A stretch of DNA of 64,000 nucleotides from Octopus sinensis (lineage: Eukaryota): NCBI RefSeq assembly GCF_006345805.1, contig NC_043006.1, positions 32,240,001 to 32,304,000 on the forward strand, in the 5' to 3' direction. Position 1 is the stretch's first letter. Each line of letters opens with the position of its first letter. The notes under the pieces are model-generated. The model saw only the letters and a list, made by a program, of their open reading frames with translations. It was not told the DNA's origin and ran no database searches. This document shows positions 27,756 through 42,229 of the stretch, one piece after another. Position numbers and translations under genes: made by a program.

Positions 27756-28479
27756 AGAATTGACCGTCAGTCTAATACTGTTCATGTGTGAGTCTGTTCG
27801 CTTTTTATTGTCTTGTTACTTTTAACTTTCGATTTGCCTATATTCATGTATATATGTATTTATGTGTATATCTATATACATGTATATATCATGTTATTAT
27901 GAGAAGAGACATATGTTAACAGAACTACCGACAGGAGTCGAACACAAGCCACTCCAAATCCTAGTTATAATATCCATGTAAAATGGAGTGAGGACTGGTT
28001 AGCTTGTAGTGGTACAGAATCGTAAAATGTATTATAAGGGAGTGATATTTTGAATATATCTAATACGTACATTTCAAATAATTGTACAATAGATAAAAAG
28101 GGGAATTTCGTCTCTTACCCAAAATCTTCCTAAGTCAAAACATATAAAGTTTGAGCAAATTGATGGACTTCGTCCGTTATATATTTGGTCGGGGCAGATG
28201 AAGTCGCCTACTAGTTGAGGAGAGGACATGGGCAGAAGGGCAGAATATCTACTGAGTGGGAAATGGGGTGATGTGAGGCGGAGAGAGAGGAAGAGAAAGA
28301 TAGAAAGAGAGAGAGAGAGAAAAGGGAGGAAAAGGTACTGGTTGTGTAATTAGGTGGAGAGAGGAAATGTGAGGAAGATGGAATCACAGAGAAGATAATG
28401 GGTTAACTAAATAGCAGAATAAATAAGTTAATAAAAAAAGAAACCAATGAATGCATGATTGAATATAAAGGAAGCCACA

Positions 28480-28558
<79 letters not shown>

Positions 28559-29047
28559 ATATAACATTGATTAGAGAACAAACATCAAATTCGAACCAAC
28601 GACTTTATATAACACTACGTTTCCATATATTTGATCATATACAAATATAACCATGGCTTTTAACATATAAAGAGAATACATATATAAAAAAACCCCACAG
28701 AAGGTAAAATATATATGCTTATAAAAATACAAATATATCGAAAGGCCTATCAAGAAGGTATATACAATCGACTAAAAATTCTAAAACGTGTCATGCGACT
28801 AAAAGTTTAAATAAAATATCAATCGACTAAAAAAATGTTTTCTTCCTCCCCTCAATTAAAAATATGTGAGAAAAGTTCCTTTCATAGAAACCAAGGTATG
28901 TTGAAGTCCTGAAGGACTAATTATTAGAATTCCTATCCATCCTGATGAGGAGTCATTGTCGAGATGCACCTTAACTCATAATTCGAACCGCGGCTATAGA
29001 TGTCATTTGATTTGATTTTGTGGAACTTACGCTCCTGGACTCTTACA

Positions 29048-29128
<81 letters not shown>

Positions 29129-29168
29129 GTCTGTCTGTCTGTCTGTCTATCTTTCTGTTTGTCTGTCA

Positions 29169-29270
<102 letters not shown>

Positions 29271-29369
29271 ACATACATACATACATACATACATACATAC
29301 ATACATACATACATACATACACATGTCTGTATACACACACTCACACACATAATTATATTCATCAGTATG

Positions 29370-30300
29370 ATTTTACGATTGCTAAAATCTTAGATATCAT
29401 CCGAATTACTTATTTAACAAAGAAATAAAGTTTCATACAGCAACAGTTTCACGAATTCTTAGAATCTGAATGAGTTGGCAATATCTCTTCTATATATGTC
29501 AAAAGTTCTTTTCACCAACATCTCAAGGAAGGAAACTTTAAATTAACCTTGAATAAATCGTGCCCATTTCATATAATAAGATCACCTGACATACCATGGA
29601 CCATCCTGAAGAACTTGAGTAATGCAACTGAAAGTTCTTTTCACGCTCTACAAGGAAGGTAGGCTACAAGAAGACGGAGTGGTTTTGAGTGCTACACTTA
29701 TAGAACAACTTACGTGGCATTCTGCATAGCAATCGTGGAAAATAAAGTTTTTCTCAACCATAAGCATCCTATCTCCACCAGGTATGTTTATAACATTTAT
29801 TATGAGACATAATAAACAAGCGCTACTATTAAAAGAAAAATCTATGAAATAACTCCAGACTTACACTTACGATCCACCATACCTCAATTATGAATTCATA
29901 TCATAACACCAACCACAAAATACCACAAATCTAACAATGAGCAATAAAGCTCATAAGACCAGAGTTTACACTGACACAAGCAAATACTTATATATGCGTA
30001 TTTTATAGTGAGTGTTCCTAAAGATACAAAATATCTGTAGTAAAATCCTTTCGTTGAGAAGCTTTTAAATTTGAATTTACTAAAGAAACATTAATTGATA
30101 TTATCTTACGTGAAAATTAACTGTCGTTGATAATAAATACACTCGTAAAATAGTAGACTGGCGACAGAACGATAAAACCGAACCAGTCTCATAAAACAGT
30201 CACTGGTCTTACCAAAAATATATTAATCATACTTATCGTATACTAAAAGAACCAGATGGACCCTGGTTACAAAGTGAATGAAGAGGTTATTTAATTGTTA
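29370..30300 (+). pseudogene. Possible highly decayed Penelope-like RT region
   Basis: IAKILDII.. and a frameshifted (D)VKS.FTNI-like motif near 29495-29522; otherwise unreadable. Confidence 0.3.
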
Positions 30301-30668
30301 CATCTAACCAAAAATACATAATTAGATATACAATATCACAGTTCAAAGTGAATTACTGCTAGTAAAAGATATCAATTTAATACAGGCAGCTGTTGGTAGA
30401 ACTTATAAATTTATCATTGATTGGTTTTGATTCTTGTTAGATTGCTATTAAATGGAACTATATATGTGAATATAATGTATTCATTTATCAATTAATGGGT
30501 TAACTGAAATTCTTAATGAAAATGGAATTGTTACTCGCAATAGAATTTACCATTACAGCGCTGACAAAGTGGTAAAATTAGTCCTGAATAAGGTGTGAAA
30601 TATAATGAATATTGTGTATCGTTTTTTTTTATTGACCGTATGTCACAAAATGGGAAAGAGAGCGAGAG

Positions 30669-30736
<68 letters not shown>

Positions 30737-31059
30737 GGGGCGAAAGTGAGAAAGAGAGAAAGAATTAAAACATGATTTGAAAGAAGAGACATCTTGGTCG
30801 TTGAAATTTTAGTAGAATACTAGAATACAGTTACAAAACCCTGTCTCTTAAAATACATCTTGTAAATAAAGCATTAGATCTATCATAAGTTATTACACGG
30901 AACATTTTATAGTTCAACATTCAAATCTCATCTAATATTATGAAGAAATTATTGTCTCCCTTGTCCACTAAGGGATTGCATGCATTTTATATAATTTGTT
31001 TTTCTAAAATTCGTTATGCCTTTTCATGGCACGAATTAATGTTTCATTATAAATAATCC

Positions 31060-31277
31060 TTTCCAATATAGGCACAAAGCCTAAAATTTTTGGGGAAGGG
31101 GATAATCGATTACATTGGCCCCGGTGCTCAACTGGTGCTTATTTTATCAACATCGAAAGGATGAAAGGCAAAGTCGACCCCGGCAGTATTCGAACTCAGA
31201 ACGTAAGGACGGACGAAATGCCGCTAAGTAGTTTTTTTTCGCCCGGCGTGCTAACGCTTCTGCCAGCTCGCCGCCTT
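31060..31277 (-). mobile_element. tRNA-derived SINE (family B)
   Basis: Minus strand GGCGGCGAGCTGGCAGAAGCGTTAGCACGCCGGGCG..GTTCTGAGTTCGAAT..GTCGACTTTGCCTTTCATCC; matches 48560-48797. Confidence 0.8.
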
Positions 31278-31479
31278 ATGTTTCATTATAAATAATAATT
31301 TTAAAACTGCGTACCCAGACAAACAATAGTCAGTTTATGGTGACGGTGAGAGATGATGTAACAGAAAACAATAGAAAGAAAGAGAAAGAGTGAGAGGTGA
31401 GAGTGTGATAGAATACAAGTTCCAAGAATTAACTGAAAGTTTAGATGACATAGATATTGTTGGTATATAACGTGCATGT

Positions 31480-31840
31480 GGAGGCGCAGTGGCCCAGTGG
31501 TTAGGGCAGCGACTCGCGGTCATAGGATCGCGGTTTTGATTTCCAGACCGAGCGTTGTGAATGTTTATTGAGCGAAAACACCGAAAAGGCTTCACGAGGT
31601 TTCAGCAGGGGCTGGTGGCGAACCCTGTTGTATTCTTTCACCACAACTTTCTCTCACTCTTTCTTCCTGTTTTTGTTGTACCTGTATTTCAAAGGGGCCA
31701 GCCCTGTCACACTCTCCCCGAGAACTACATTAAGGGTACACGTGTTTGTGGAATGCTCAGCCACTTGCATGTCAATTTCACGAGCAGGCTGTTCCGTTGA
31801 TCGGGTTAGCTGGATCCTTCGTCGTCGTAACCGACGGAGT
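31480..31840 (+). mobile_element. tRNA-derived SINE (family C)
   Basis: GGCGCAGTGGCCCAGTGGTTAGGG..GGTTTTGATTTCC A/B boxes; core shared with 48300-48525 and 59195-59305 (-). Confidence 0.75.
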
Positions 31841-32099
31841 ACCATGATAACGTGTATAAAGATTTTAAAACCATTATTTAATGAATCAATAACACTGAAC
31901 AAGAAAAATCAAAAAGATTTTCCCGGGTTAACATTTTATACTTTATGTTTACTTTTAATTTGCTTGTTTTTTTTGCACCAACTCTAATGAGTATCAGTAT
32001 AAATAAAAGTTCTAAATAGTTCAGATATCATACCCGAGGGAAGTGGATCTTTTATTTTTGGATTATATATTGAATGAAAGAAGCGCATGTGAAAGGTTT

Positions 32100-34030
32100 T
32101 TCAAGTAATTGCTTCACGAAACGACAAAATCGATGAAATTCAGGAAGAATAGCTACGGAAAGAGAAAGGAAGACAAAAAAAAGAATAAAGTTTAAGAGAA
32201 ATTACGTCTGCGAGAACTGCAAATTTGCGAGACAGGAAACAGAAATTATGGCAAGAAAATGAATATAAACGCTAGGCCAGGAGGAGAGACGAGATTTTAA
32301 GAAACATATATATGAAATGATATTATGTATCACAAAGAGAATTCTGGGAAGGAGAAGAAAAGAAAGAGAAAGAGTTGTGTACAAAAGAGGAAATTTTTCA
32401 CAAAATGCAATAAAAGAAAATCAACGACAGAGAGAGAGAGAGGTTTTCAGGAATAGTAGAAGTAATTGAGGAAAGAAGAATGCATAATATAAGAATTACA
32501 GGAAAGAGCAAAAAGGATGTCGCAAGTTGAAATTTCAGAATGGAGAAGGATAGAAATAGAAGAGAAAAAATGCAAATGCTGAAGTGACTCTACAGTGCTG
32601 ACATTGCTGAGAATATGAAACAACTGAGGGCAAAGTCCATATTTTTCACAGCGAACGACTTAAAATACAATGTCGTCGAGTTTAACGCTTATTGTGACTC
32701 AATGAATGACATTTGTTTGCTCTGTATTTCACTGACATATCACAAGAATATCTCAACATAAAAGCGAAACTACTGTCACAGGCATCTTTATTCAAGTGTT
32801 CCCAGAAGACATGTAGGAAGAAAATGAAAGAAAGATCGACAGAGAAAAGATAAGTGTTCTGAGAATCACCGCAAGGTAAATAATGTAAAAACGATAAAAT
32901 TTCTTGTGAAGAAAAGTAAATTGTTTGCCATGATTTTTTAGTTCAATAAACTTTTTACCAAAACTTCTCACTGATGGAAAATTTATCAACTGTTGTCATC
33001 ATAGGGATAAAATGCTGTATTAACATCAGCAGGAATTCCTCGAATATTTGCAAGATTTAATGAATAATCTAGATCATACACACTATCGAAACTTCAAAGA
33101 TAACATAAGACCGTATAATCTGTTACCTTTGCAGCCAAGACCAAATTAGACTTGCCGCTTATTATTTCAGAGTGCCTGGTTAAGTATATTAATGAGCGTT
33201 TAATAAATGTCGAAATGACAATAGATTTCAGAGATAGAAACGACATTGGAATAAATAACAGATATAGTCGAGGCTGTTTGAATGAAATTATTCGAAATAT
33301 TGATAATTTCGTAGGAGAAAATCTAAACACAAAAATATATAATACATTAAATGAAGTCTAGTGTGAGGAAGAAGATAACATTTTACTGGAAAATAAGTAT
33401 TTATCTATCGTAATTATAGTATTCGGGAAAGATGGGAATGCAGACAGTAATACAACTTAACAGTTATGTTATTTACGACAAAAACTGGAGAATCACCATT
33501 CGAAAGAAAATTTCTAGCGATGAAAGTAGCCCTAGGATAAATTCAAATGTACTTAGTCCAAACTTAGATACAATAACGTATACATTAGTTTACCTATTTG
33601 GAAAGTCTGGATGACAGCCAATTTATATAAATAAACATTGAAGGAAATATATATCTTCAACGTAACAAAATTACTATGCTACAACATAAGGCAGTATAGA
33701 GCGCAGGATTGCAGCATTTCAATTATTTTTGGTGTAAAACTTTTCCAGTATCAGACTGTGGATTCTTACATCCAAGTTGATAACTTTACTTATACACGTT
33801 CAGAGCAACGGAAACTTAATGGTGAGCAGTAAAAAGTATTTTCTGATCGCTAATCTAGTCAAAAATACTGGTGCATAAGTGAAACAAACCTGTAAATGAT
33901 GTTTTTTCAAGGTTCTCTACACAACATGAAAGTGCAGTACCACGAGCCTACGACTATGATGGAAAAATATGAAAAACATAATTTACTCTTTACTACGATA
34001 TCGAATCCAAATTGGTTAGAAATACAGATT
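32100..34030 (+). pseudogene. Decayed autonomous Helitron Rep region
   Basis: LSPNLDTITYTLVYLFGKSG, GVKLFQYQTVDSY, FQGSLHNMKVQYHE..KYEKHNLLFTTISNPNWLEI match Helitron Rep N-terminal motifs (GSPR.M...YQDAM..GKPDLFITFT.NP.WPEI). Confidence 0.75.
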
Positions 34031-34056
34031 AATTCCATTTTCAGACAATATATATA

Positions 34057-35866
34057 TACATACATACATACATACATACATACATACATACATACACACA
34101 TACATACATGCACACATACACACACACATATATATATGTGTGTGTGAAGTGTTTGTATGTTTGTGCGTCTGTGTTTGTCACCCCACCATCGTTTCACGAC
34201 CTATGTTGGTATGTTTACGCCCCCTTTACTTAGCGGTTCGGCAAAAGAGACCGATAGAATAAGTACTGGGCTTACGAAGAATAAGTCCTGGGGTCGATAT
34301 GTACTACCTGGCTAGTGTGGTATTCTCATTAGAAAGAAGATCAATTAATGATAAAAAGGAGTACTTTGAGGGTCCAAGGTATGATCTTTTACACGTGTTA
34401 TAAACCTTCCAAACTGAATAATAATTAAATTATATATGTGCTCCAGCATGGCCGCAGTCAATGACTGAAACAAATAAAAGAATAAAAGGATATTTATATA
34501 ATTGTTAAAGAGGACAACAAGCATCTCAAGTCATATACATTATTATTAGTAATAGTATAAGAAAAAGTTTTTGAGGTTTAGTTCACAAGTGATCTACACG
34601 GTTAGGTGCGCTAGGTAAGTTCTGTAACGGATTACTAGGGCTCCAAAACTTTTCTCCTACTATTACTAATAATAATATGTATGTCTTCTTTAGCAATTAT
34701 ATATCCACTTCATCGGAAATCTGCAATGGTTCCATAACTACCGTCTCGGCTATAACCTTGGAGTCGTTACAGCACTTACCTAGCGTACCTAATCGTTTAG
34801 ATCACCTGCGAACTAAACCCCCATATTTTGAGTGTATATATATATATATATATATATGTATACACACACACACATATATATATGTATGTATGTACATATA
34901 TTGTAACACACTGCATACATACATACATACATACATACATACATACATACATACATACATACATACATACATACATACATACATACATACATACATACAT
35001 GCACACATACACACACACATATATATATGTGTGTGTGAAGTGTTTGTATGTTTGTGCGTCTGTGTTTGTCACCCCACCATCGTTTCACGACCTATGTTGG
35101 TATGTTTACGCCCCCTTTACTTGGCGGTTCGGCAAAAGAGACCGATAGAATAAGTACTGGGCTTACGAAGAATAAGTCCTGGGGTCGATATGTACTACCT
35201 GGCTAGTGTGGTATTCTCATTAGAAAGAAGATCAATTAATGATAAAAAGGAGTACTTTGAGGGTCCAAGGTATGATCTTTTACACGTGTTATAAACCTTC
35301 AAAACTGAATAATAATTAAATTATATATGTGCTCCAGCATGGCCGCAGTCAATGACTGAAACAAATAAAAGAATAAAAGGATATTTATATAATTGTTAAA
35401 GAGGACAACAAGCATCTCAAGTCATATACATTATTATTAGTAATAGTATAAGAAAAAGTTTTTGAGGTTTAGTTCACAAGTGATCTACACGGTTAGGTGC
35501 GCTAGGTAAGTTCTGTAACGGATTACTAGGGCTCCAAAACTTTTCTCCTACTATTACTAATAATAATATGTATGTCTTCTTTAGCAATTATATATCCACT
35601 TCATCGGAAATCTGCAATGGTTCCATAACTACCGTCTCGGCTATAACCTTGGAGTCGTTACAGCACTTACCTAGCGTACCTAATCGTTTAGATCACCTGC
35701 GAACTAAACCCCCATATTTTGAGTGTATATATATATATATATATATATGTATACACACACACACATATATATATGTATGTATGTACATATATTGTAACAC
35801 ACTGCATACATACATACATACATACATACATACATACATACATACATACATACATACATACATACA
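34057..35866. repeat. 891-bp tandem duplication with junctions in (CATA)n
   Basis: Constant 891-bp offset (34141/35032, 34677/35568); only about 2 substitutions seen. Confidence 0.9.
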
Positions 35867-36088
35867 TACATGCATGCATACATACATACAAACAAAAATA
35901 CCCTGTTGCTGATGTTGAAAAATTCCAATAAAGGAGCCTTGGATCTAGCTTAGAAACAGATTCTTTCTCTATTGGCGGGAAATCTTGAAATAAACTGAAT
36001 AATGACATAAATACATACATACATACATACATACATACATACATACATACATAATACATACATACATACATACATACATACATACATA

Positions 36089-36336
36089 CCGTATTTGATG
36101 GCCTATAAGACGCACCTTTTTTTTACCCACCCTCTCCCCTGCGTCCAATGTACTCTATGTAGACTCAGAACTCGCTCAAAACGGTATGTTCACAAAACGT
36201 ATGCTGCCATCTGTTTGTGAACAATCGCCTACGGTATGTTTATATCGAATGTGGATGCAGTAAATTTTTACGTAAGTATAACCTGGGCTAGGGTACGTCC
36301 TATGCACTCATCCGTCTTACAGGCCATCAAATACGG
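36089..36336. mobile_element. Tc1/mariner-superfamily MITE
   Basis: TIRs CCGTATTTGATGGCCTATAAGACG / CGTCTTACAGGCCATCAAATACGG flanked by TA. Confidence 0.85.
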
Positions 36337-37796
36337 TACATACATAAGAGTGAGAAAGAAAGCTATAGATAAATAAGCATACAGTGAAGGGGGGAGGAGA
36401 GAGAAAGTGAGAAAGAGAGAATTATAAGCTCAATGTATACATTTTCTATGTATGAAGTAGGTTTATATGTTTCTCTATGTGTTTGTGTATTTATATTGGT
36501 TTTATGCTTTTGTGGCCCACGTGTATTAGTTTGCATTTATGTAAGTATGTGCATGTCTTCGTTTGTTTGTGTGTATTTATTTAAAAACTTTTTAGAATTA
36601 TTTCTGACAAAACAACTTTGACAATGTACACATATTTTCTTTAGCAAGTAATAGATATATTGGTCTATAATTACATCTATTCATTCATGAGAAACCGTAC
36701 GCCATTTAATTGTTTTCGGTATTTTCTTTCAGAAATTGAAGACCTACCAAGAGACTGGAGTTTGGTGAACAAGTGACAACCTTGAAATGAAATCTGAATT
36801 AACGATTTTTGATTGAATTTCCTTACAATGACAAAGTGATGGTTTTTGTTGTCCGTTATTATTATCTACCTGGCATCGGTTGATTTGAAGTTTCGCTGGT
36901 TTCGGATACGAAGGCACGTGGCCATGTGGTGTGGATATTTGACTAAAAATTATAATGACGCAGGCTCAATTCCTGAACTGCGTGCTGAGTTGTGTTCTTG
37001 AACAAGGCCGTTTATTTCATATCACTTCAGAATGTTCAGCTTAAAATTAGTATCAACCGATAGTGCAGCTCTTTCTCTCTTTCTCTCTTTAGCCGTCACA
37101 TTTTAGATGTACAGCTGGATCAAAGACTGGGAGACTCGAAAGAATGTCCAGATTTACTCGCATCTACATACGCTTCTAAAACATTTAACGATACCACAGT
37201 AAATGTTTCCAAACCGTCGGTGGGGACAGTTAGCCTCTCCCCCTTGAATTTTGTTTAATATTGTACTGTATTTAGTTATGGTCGATGTCGTTCAAATTTT
37301 AAATCCCAATGTTATTTTCTGTTTATATTTGTGAGGTAACTAAAATGAAATAGTTGTTTGGTACTGATATTGGTTTATATTTATGTCTGATGTAAATATA
37401 TTTATAACAGAAGTGTAACGCACAGAATTTCAGAATAAATAACAGTTGTTCGCTAATAACAAATCAATGAATGAGTCAATACACATGGGCGAAATATCTG
37501 ACAGTAAACCAAGATACGACTGTGAGCGAAAACAAGGGGCAGAAATTCTATTAGAGAATAGAAATTTAATTATGGTATCTTCTATTCTTAACAGGATGTT
37601 ATCCCAAAAGGAAGCAAGTTTGGTAAGGGTTGCATTGTTTTTTCCCCCTAATCTGAATTGCAAGCGTATTTAAAGAAGAAAACATTAACACCACATGCAG
37701 AACAAACATTTGAATAAAGTCAAACGAGCCCTTATATAACACTTACATACACAATAGCTATAAAGCCATCCTGACTCTCATGAGCTATAGAATATA

Positions 37797-38112
37797 TAGG
37801 AACGGGCGTGGCTGTATGGTGAGAGGTTTGTTTCTCTGTCACATGGTTCAGGGTTCTGTCCCACTGTGTGGCACCTTCGCCAAGTGTCTTTTGCTATTGG
37901 CTCAAGCTGACCAAAGACTAGGGATTTGATAGACGGAAACAGAAAGAAGCTTGTTATATACACACACGAAGACACACACATTTGTGTGTTTGTCTCTCAC
38001 CATCGCTTGACAACTGGCGTTGGCGTTGGTGTATTTACGTCTCCGTAATTTAGCGGCCCATCAAAAGAGATGATAAGAGTACCAGACTTGAAAAAAAAGT
38101 ACTGGTGTCGAT
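37797..38112 (+). mobile_element. SINE family A, decayed
   Basis: Similar to 53505-53920. Confidence 0.75.
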
Positions 38113-38489
38113 CAGAAATAACAACGACGCACCCCCTCGAGAAAATACATCTCTCTGATGGAAAAAAATATTTCAAATAAAATTCGACCAACATAGTAAC
38201 TCCTTTAGATACGAATATGGAATACACCACACTCTCAAAGTATATTTGAAATCTAAATAACAAAGATATTTATTTTTTAAGACCATTTCCTTAATCATCA
38301 AAACTGCACATTTTTACCCCAATTATTTCGAATTTCTGTGTTTGTCTGAAAATAGAGTATACTGATCCAGCCACTTAATTTGTTAAACTCTGAATTAGAA
38401 TTAGAATTAGTCCTCATCGTCGAAAGGACATGTACTTGGCCAACTGAGTATATTTTGCAACAATCTATTATTATTTCAGTCGTCAAAGT

Positions 38490-38715
38490 CGGAGAGATGG
38501 CTGAATCGTTAACACGCCGGACGAAATGCTAAGCAGTATTTCTTCTGGTTTTATGTTCTGAGTTCAAATTCTTCCCTCCTTTCAGAGTCGTTAAAAAAAG
38601 TACCAGTCGAATATTGAGGTCGATAAAATAAACACCAGTTGGGTACCAGGGTCAATATAATTGATTAGCCCCTTTCCCCCTACAATTTCAGGCCTTGTGC
38701 CTATAGAATAAAGAA
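38490..38715 (+). mobile_element. SINE family B, decayed
   Basis: Similar to the reverse complement of 48560-48797. Confidence 0.7.
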
Positions 38716-41700
38716 TTATTAGTTAGTTGTACGCTAAGGTAACAAAAAGTCATTTTCATATTACATCTTTAATGTGACCAACAACTCCTCTGCATACCTT
38801 AGCATACCAATACCCCAATAATATCATTATCAAATTAAGTACATTTTGATGGTCAATGGTTTACAACTTGAATTTATCCACCACAAACAAACATAAGTGC
38901 TGTAGTAAATTTGTTAGACTACCAATACCCCTATAATATGCTGCCGTGTCTTAATACAGGTGGCCCTCGTTTTTCTACTCCACATATCATGTTCTTGGAC
39001 AGCTATTATTATAACTGCAGTATTTCAATTAGCCTCCGTCCACCGTTATCCACAATATCATCTTTTTCTAAATACAATAAACTGTACGCCAATATGCCAC
39101 CTGCACCAACCTCTAAAAATGACAACACACAAAAGAATACCACCACCAATATAATTAAAATAATATATGATATACAATATTTGTAATACACAATAGAACA
39201 AGTGTACGTATATTAATATTGAGGTGTGTGCATGCAGTTATATGTGTAGGTGCATAGATATACGGTTACTCTTGTACCATTTCCATCACGTCATTAGATG
39301 CATGTGTGTGTGTATGTGTATGTGTGTGTGTGTGTGTGTGTGTTGTGTGTGTGTGTGTGTGTGTGTATGCATACATGTCACGAGTTTAGTGAGTTTCTGA
39401 AGTAAGGATGCCGGCGACGTGCACATAAATTGGTTTCAGGGCAATTTAATTCATAATTTAATTCATAATACATTTTCATTGTGTATCTAAAAATCAAAAT
39501 ACAAAGACACTGATTCGTTGGAACAACTTAATTGTTATTTTGCATTTAAAGTCAAAACTCAAGAAAGATACAATTTAAAGGAAGTACATAATTGTTATTC
39601 TTTACTTACAGTCAAAACAATTGGAAATACGTAATTTTTAAGGAAGTACATAATAAATATTTTGCATTTAAAATCAAAAATTAATGAACACATAAATATA
39701 AACCATGGTTAATATGAAAACAACACAAAAATTTATTGAGTTATTCAATATTTTAACTGCAAAATGAAAACCAAACAATGCCGTAGGATAGTTGTTTGCA
39801 ATAACTACAACTATTTCTTTCATCAAGGCGCCATACTGGCAAAGCTGTATGTTATTTTACTATAAACTCTTTCACTAGCAAATATCCTTCGATGGAGAGC
39901 AAAGCTAACTTAGACTCTCCGTCATCACTAATTGGCGAAGACAAAGTATGGTTTATGCTTGTGTTGGCAAGCGTGTCTATCTGCAACTGCACTAGTTACA
40001 AGTAAGACTAGAATATGTATTGAAAGCATATTAACAATGTAGACAATTAATGATAAATGAAGCACATCATTATCAATTTAAGTTCATTTTGATGGTCAAT
40101 GGTTTGCAATTTGAATTTACCCACCATGAGTACTCTTATCTTTGTAAGTGCCTGAATGAATGAAACTTCTGTGCAAGTCTAGTTCTACACTGAATCATAT
40201 CTGATTAGATTACTTGACTCTCAAAAATTCTAAACTCTTCAATTTATCAGTATTGTCAAAATATTGATATTTTGAATCAAACGCACTAAATTTGGTAGCT
40301 ACATGTTTTAATGTACTTAGTTTTTCGCCGTTTATTTATAACAGAATTCAACAACACTCAGTAGGATTCGGCTATGAATTACTTTCGGTCATCAACTATT
40401 TCTTTATATAATGTAAATTCAATATGGAGTCGTTTAAGCCGAGCCAACTCGGCTGCTTCATTCTAGTGGCGTAACAAATCTTTTCAAGTTCTTGGCACCC
40501 GACAAAACTTGAATAACGTGTCACAGAGAAATTTTACCCTCATCATATCTTACCGCCTCTTGCTACATTCCTCCTTCACGTCTTCATTCTGAACCGGTTT
40601 TCATTGAAATTTATTTCACACATGCTTTCTATCTTTAACAAAGCAATTAATTAAATGAAAAGCCGTCGTCACCTCTGATTTATTTTTCTATAGAAGATAT
40701 AGATAAATTGAAAACCAGGATTAGATATTCTTCCCGAATATTATAACAAATATAGCTTCTAAGATATTTAATATTTTTTAGAGTGTCATTTGATGCAGAG
40801 ATACAAATTTAAACACACTATTCATAATTGTTTGTTGATTAACAACGATTTCTATTACTGCTAGTTTTCATGATACCCATCGATTATCACAAAATTTCTC
40901 TAGTGTTAGCACAAAAGATATTATATAACACCGTTGTCCACTTAACACTGAACAACGAGAAAATCTACGAAGAAACAGCTGTGGACAATTTATAAAGTTA
41001 CAAATAATATCTTTAGTTTCTATACAAATGTCAACAAATAATTTTCACAAGACATGATTTTAGATATTTTTCTGGTATATTTTGCAGTTTGGACATTTTC
41101 CCCTGGCACGTACATTTATTGAGATATTTTCATTTTTTTAGAATTTGGTTTAGCTATCATATTTAAGATTCTATATTTCATCTAAGATTAAAACATATCC
41201 TAACTAAACTATCAACATGAGTGGAGAAAGGAAGAAAAAAAAGGAAAACCAACCAGGCGTTTTTTTTAATGTTTGTAGCTTAGATTCTTAGTTCTGTCAC
41301 AAAGGAAACCAAAGTGAAACAGATCTTTAAAAGATGCAAGCGCTATATACAGGCAGAATCTTTTGCTTCTCGTCTGAAAAAAAGTTACTGCATATAGAAA
41401 ATACAAAAGTGGGTTACTATAAAAATCGAAATTTCGATTTAGCTCTTTATTTCAAAGTGAATGATATCTCTGTTATTGTTCTGACGTTAATGTACATTCT
41501 GCAAGTTTATCTAAAAGACATGTTGGAAGCTATGGAGCCGTCATCTCGAAGTTTAAAAGCTGTTAACTTAGAGATATTTTAAATCTTAATTCAACATGAA
41601 GATCCTTGTTAACGTAACTCAATGCAATGATCACCATAGAATCTCTATGCAAATCTTAATATAATTGCTTATGGTAAGAGATATGTAAATAGAATTCACC

Positions 41701-42229
41701 ATATACTGATGTTTTATATGTCTCTTACACTGGCAAGCTATTATAGGGCGCCATAATGGAAGAAAATTCGCCAAACATATCTTCATGCATTCTTGAAAGA
41801 AATATCTGCCAATTATATATTTTGGTTGAGCTGAAGAAAATATATTCGCTACAACTTCACCTTAAGCTTGGAATAATGAAGAAAAAAATTTAAGTGTGCT
41901 ACAATTTCTCTGAGAATACTTCCAAAATGTAAAATTAGAGAGATTTTATTGAACATAAAATTGTAAAGGTATATTAAAACAAAACGTTTAATGCGAAGAG
42001 ACAGTATGTGAGGTTAAAGTTTGGCATGCATCCAAATGCGTTTCCAATAAGTTCTCAGTCTATTATATTTCTATTTGTTTTCAAAATGGAGTTGTTTCGT
42101 GTCTCCTAAGATACGTTTCTTAATTCAACCTGACCACTCACACACAATCACATAGATACATACATACATACAGACATACATACATACATACATACATACA
42201 TACATACATACATACATACATACATACAT

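Noticed and set aside
28933-29002. HHR-like CTGATGA...GAACCGCGGC
   Set aside because: GAAA and the cleavage triplet are mutated and stem II is irregular; at best a decayed copy.
36733-36776. Possible terminal coding exon after a good acceptor (ttttctttcag; EIEDLPRDWSLVNK*)
   Set aside because: Too short, with no recognisable homology or partner exons; needs RNA-seq.
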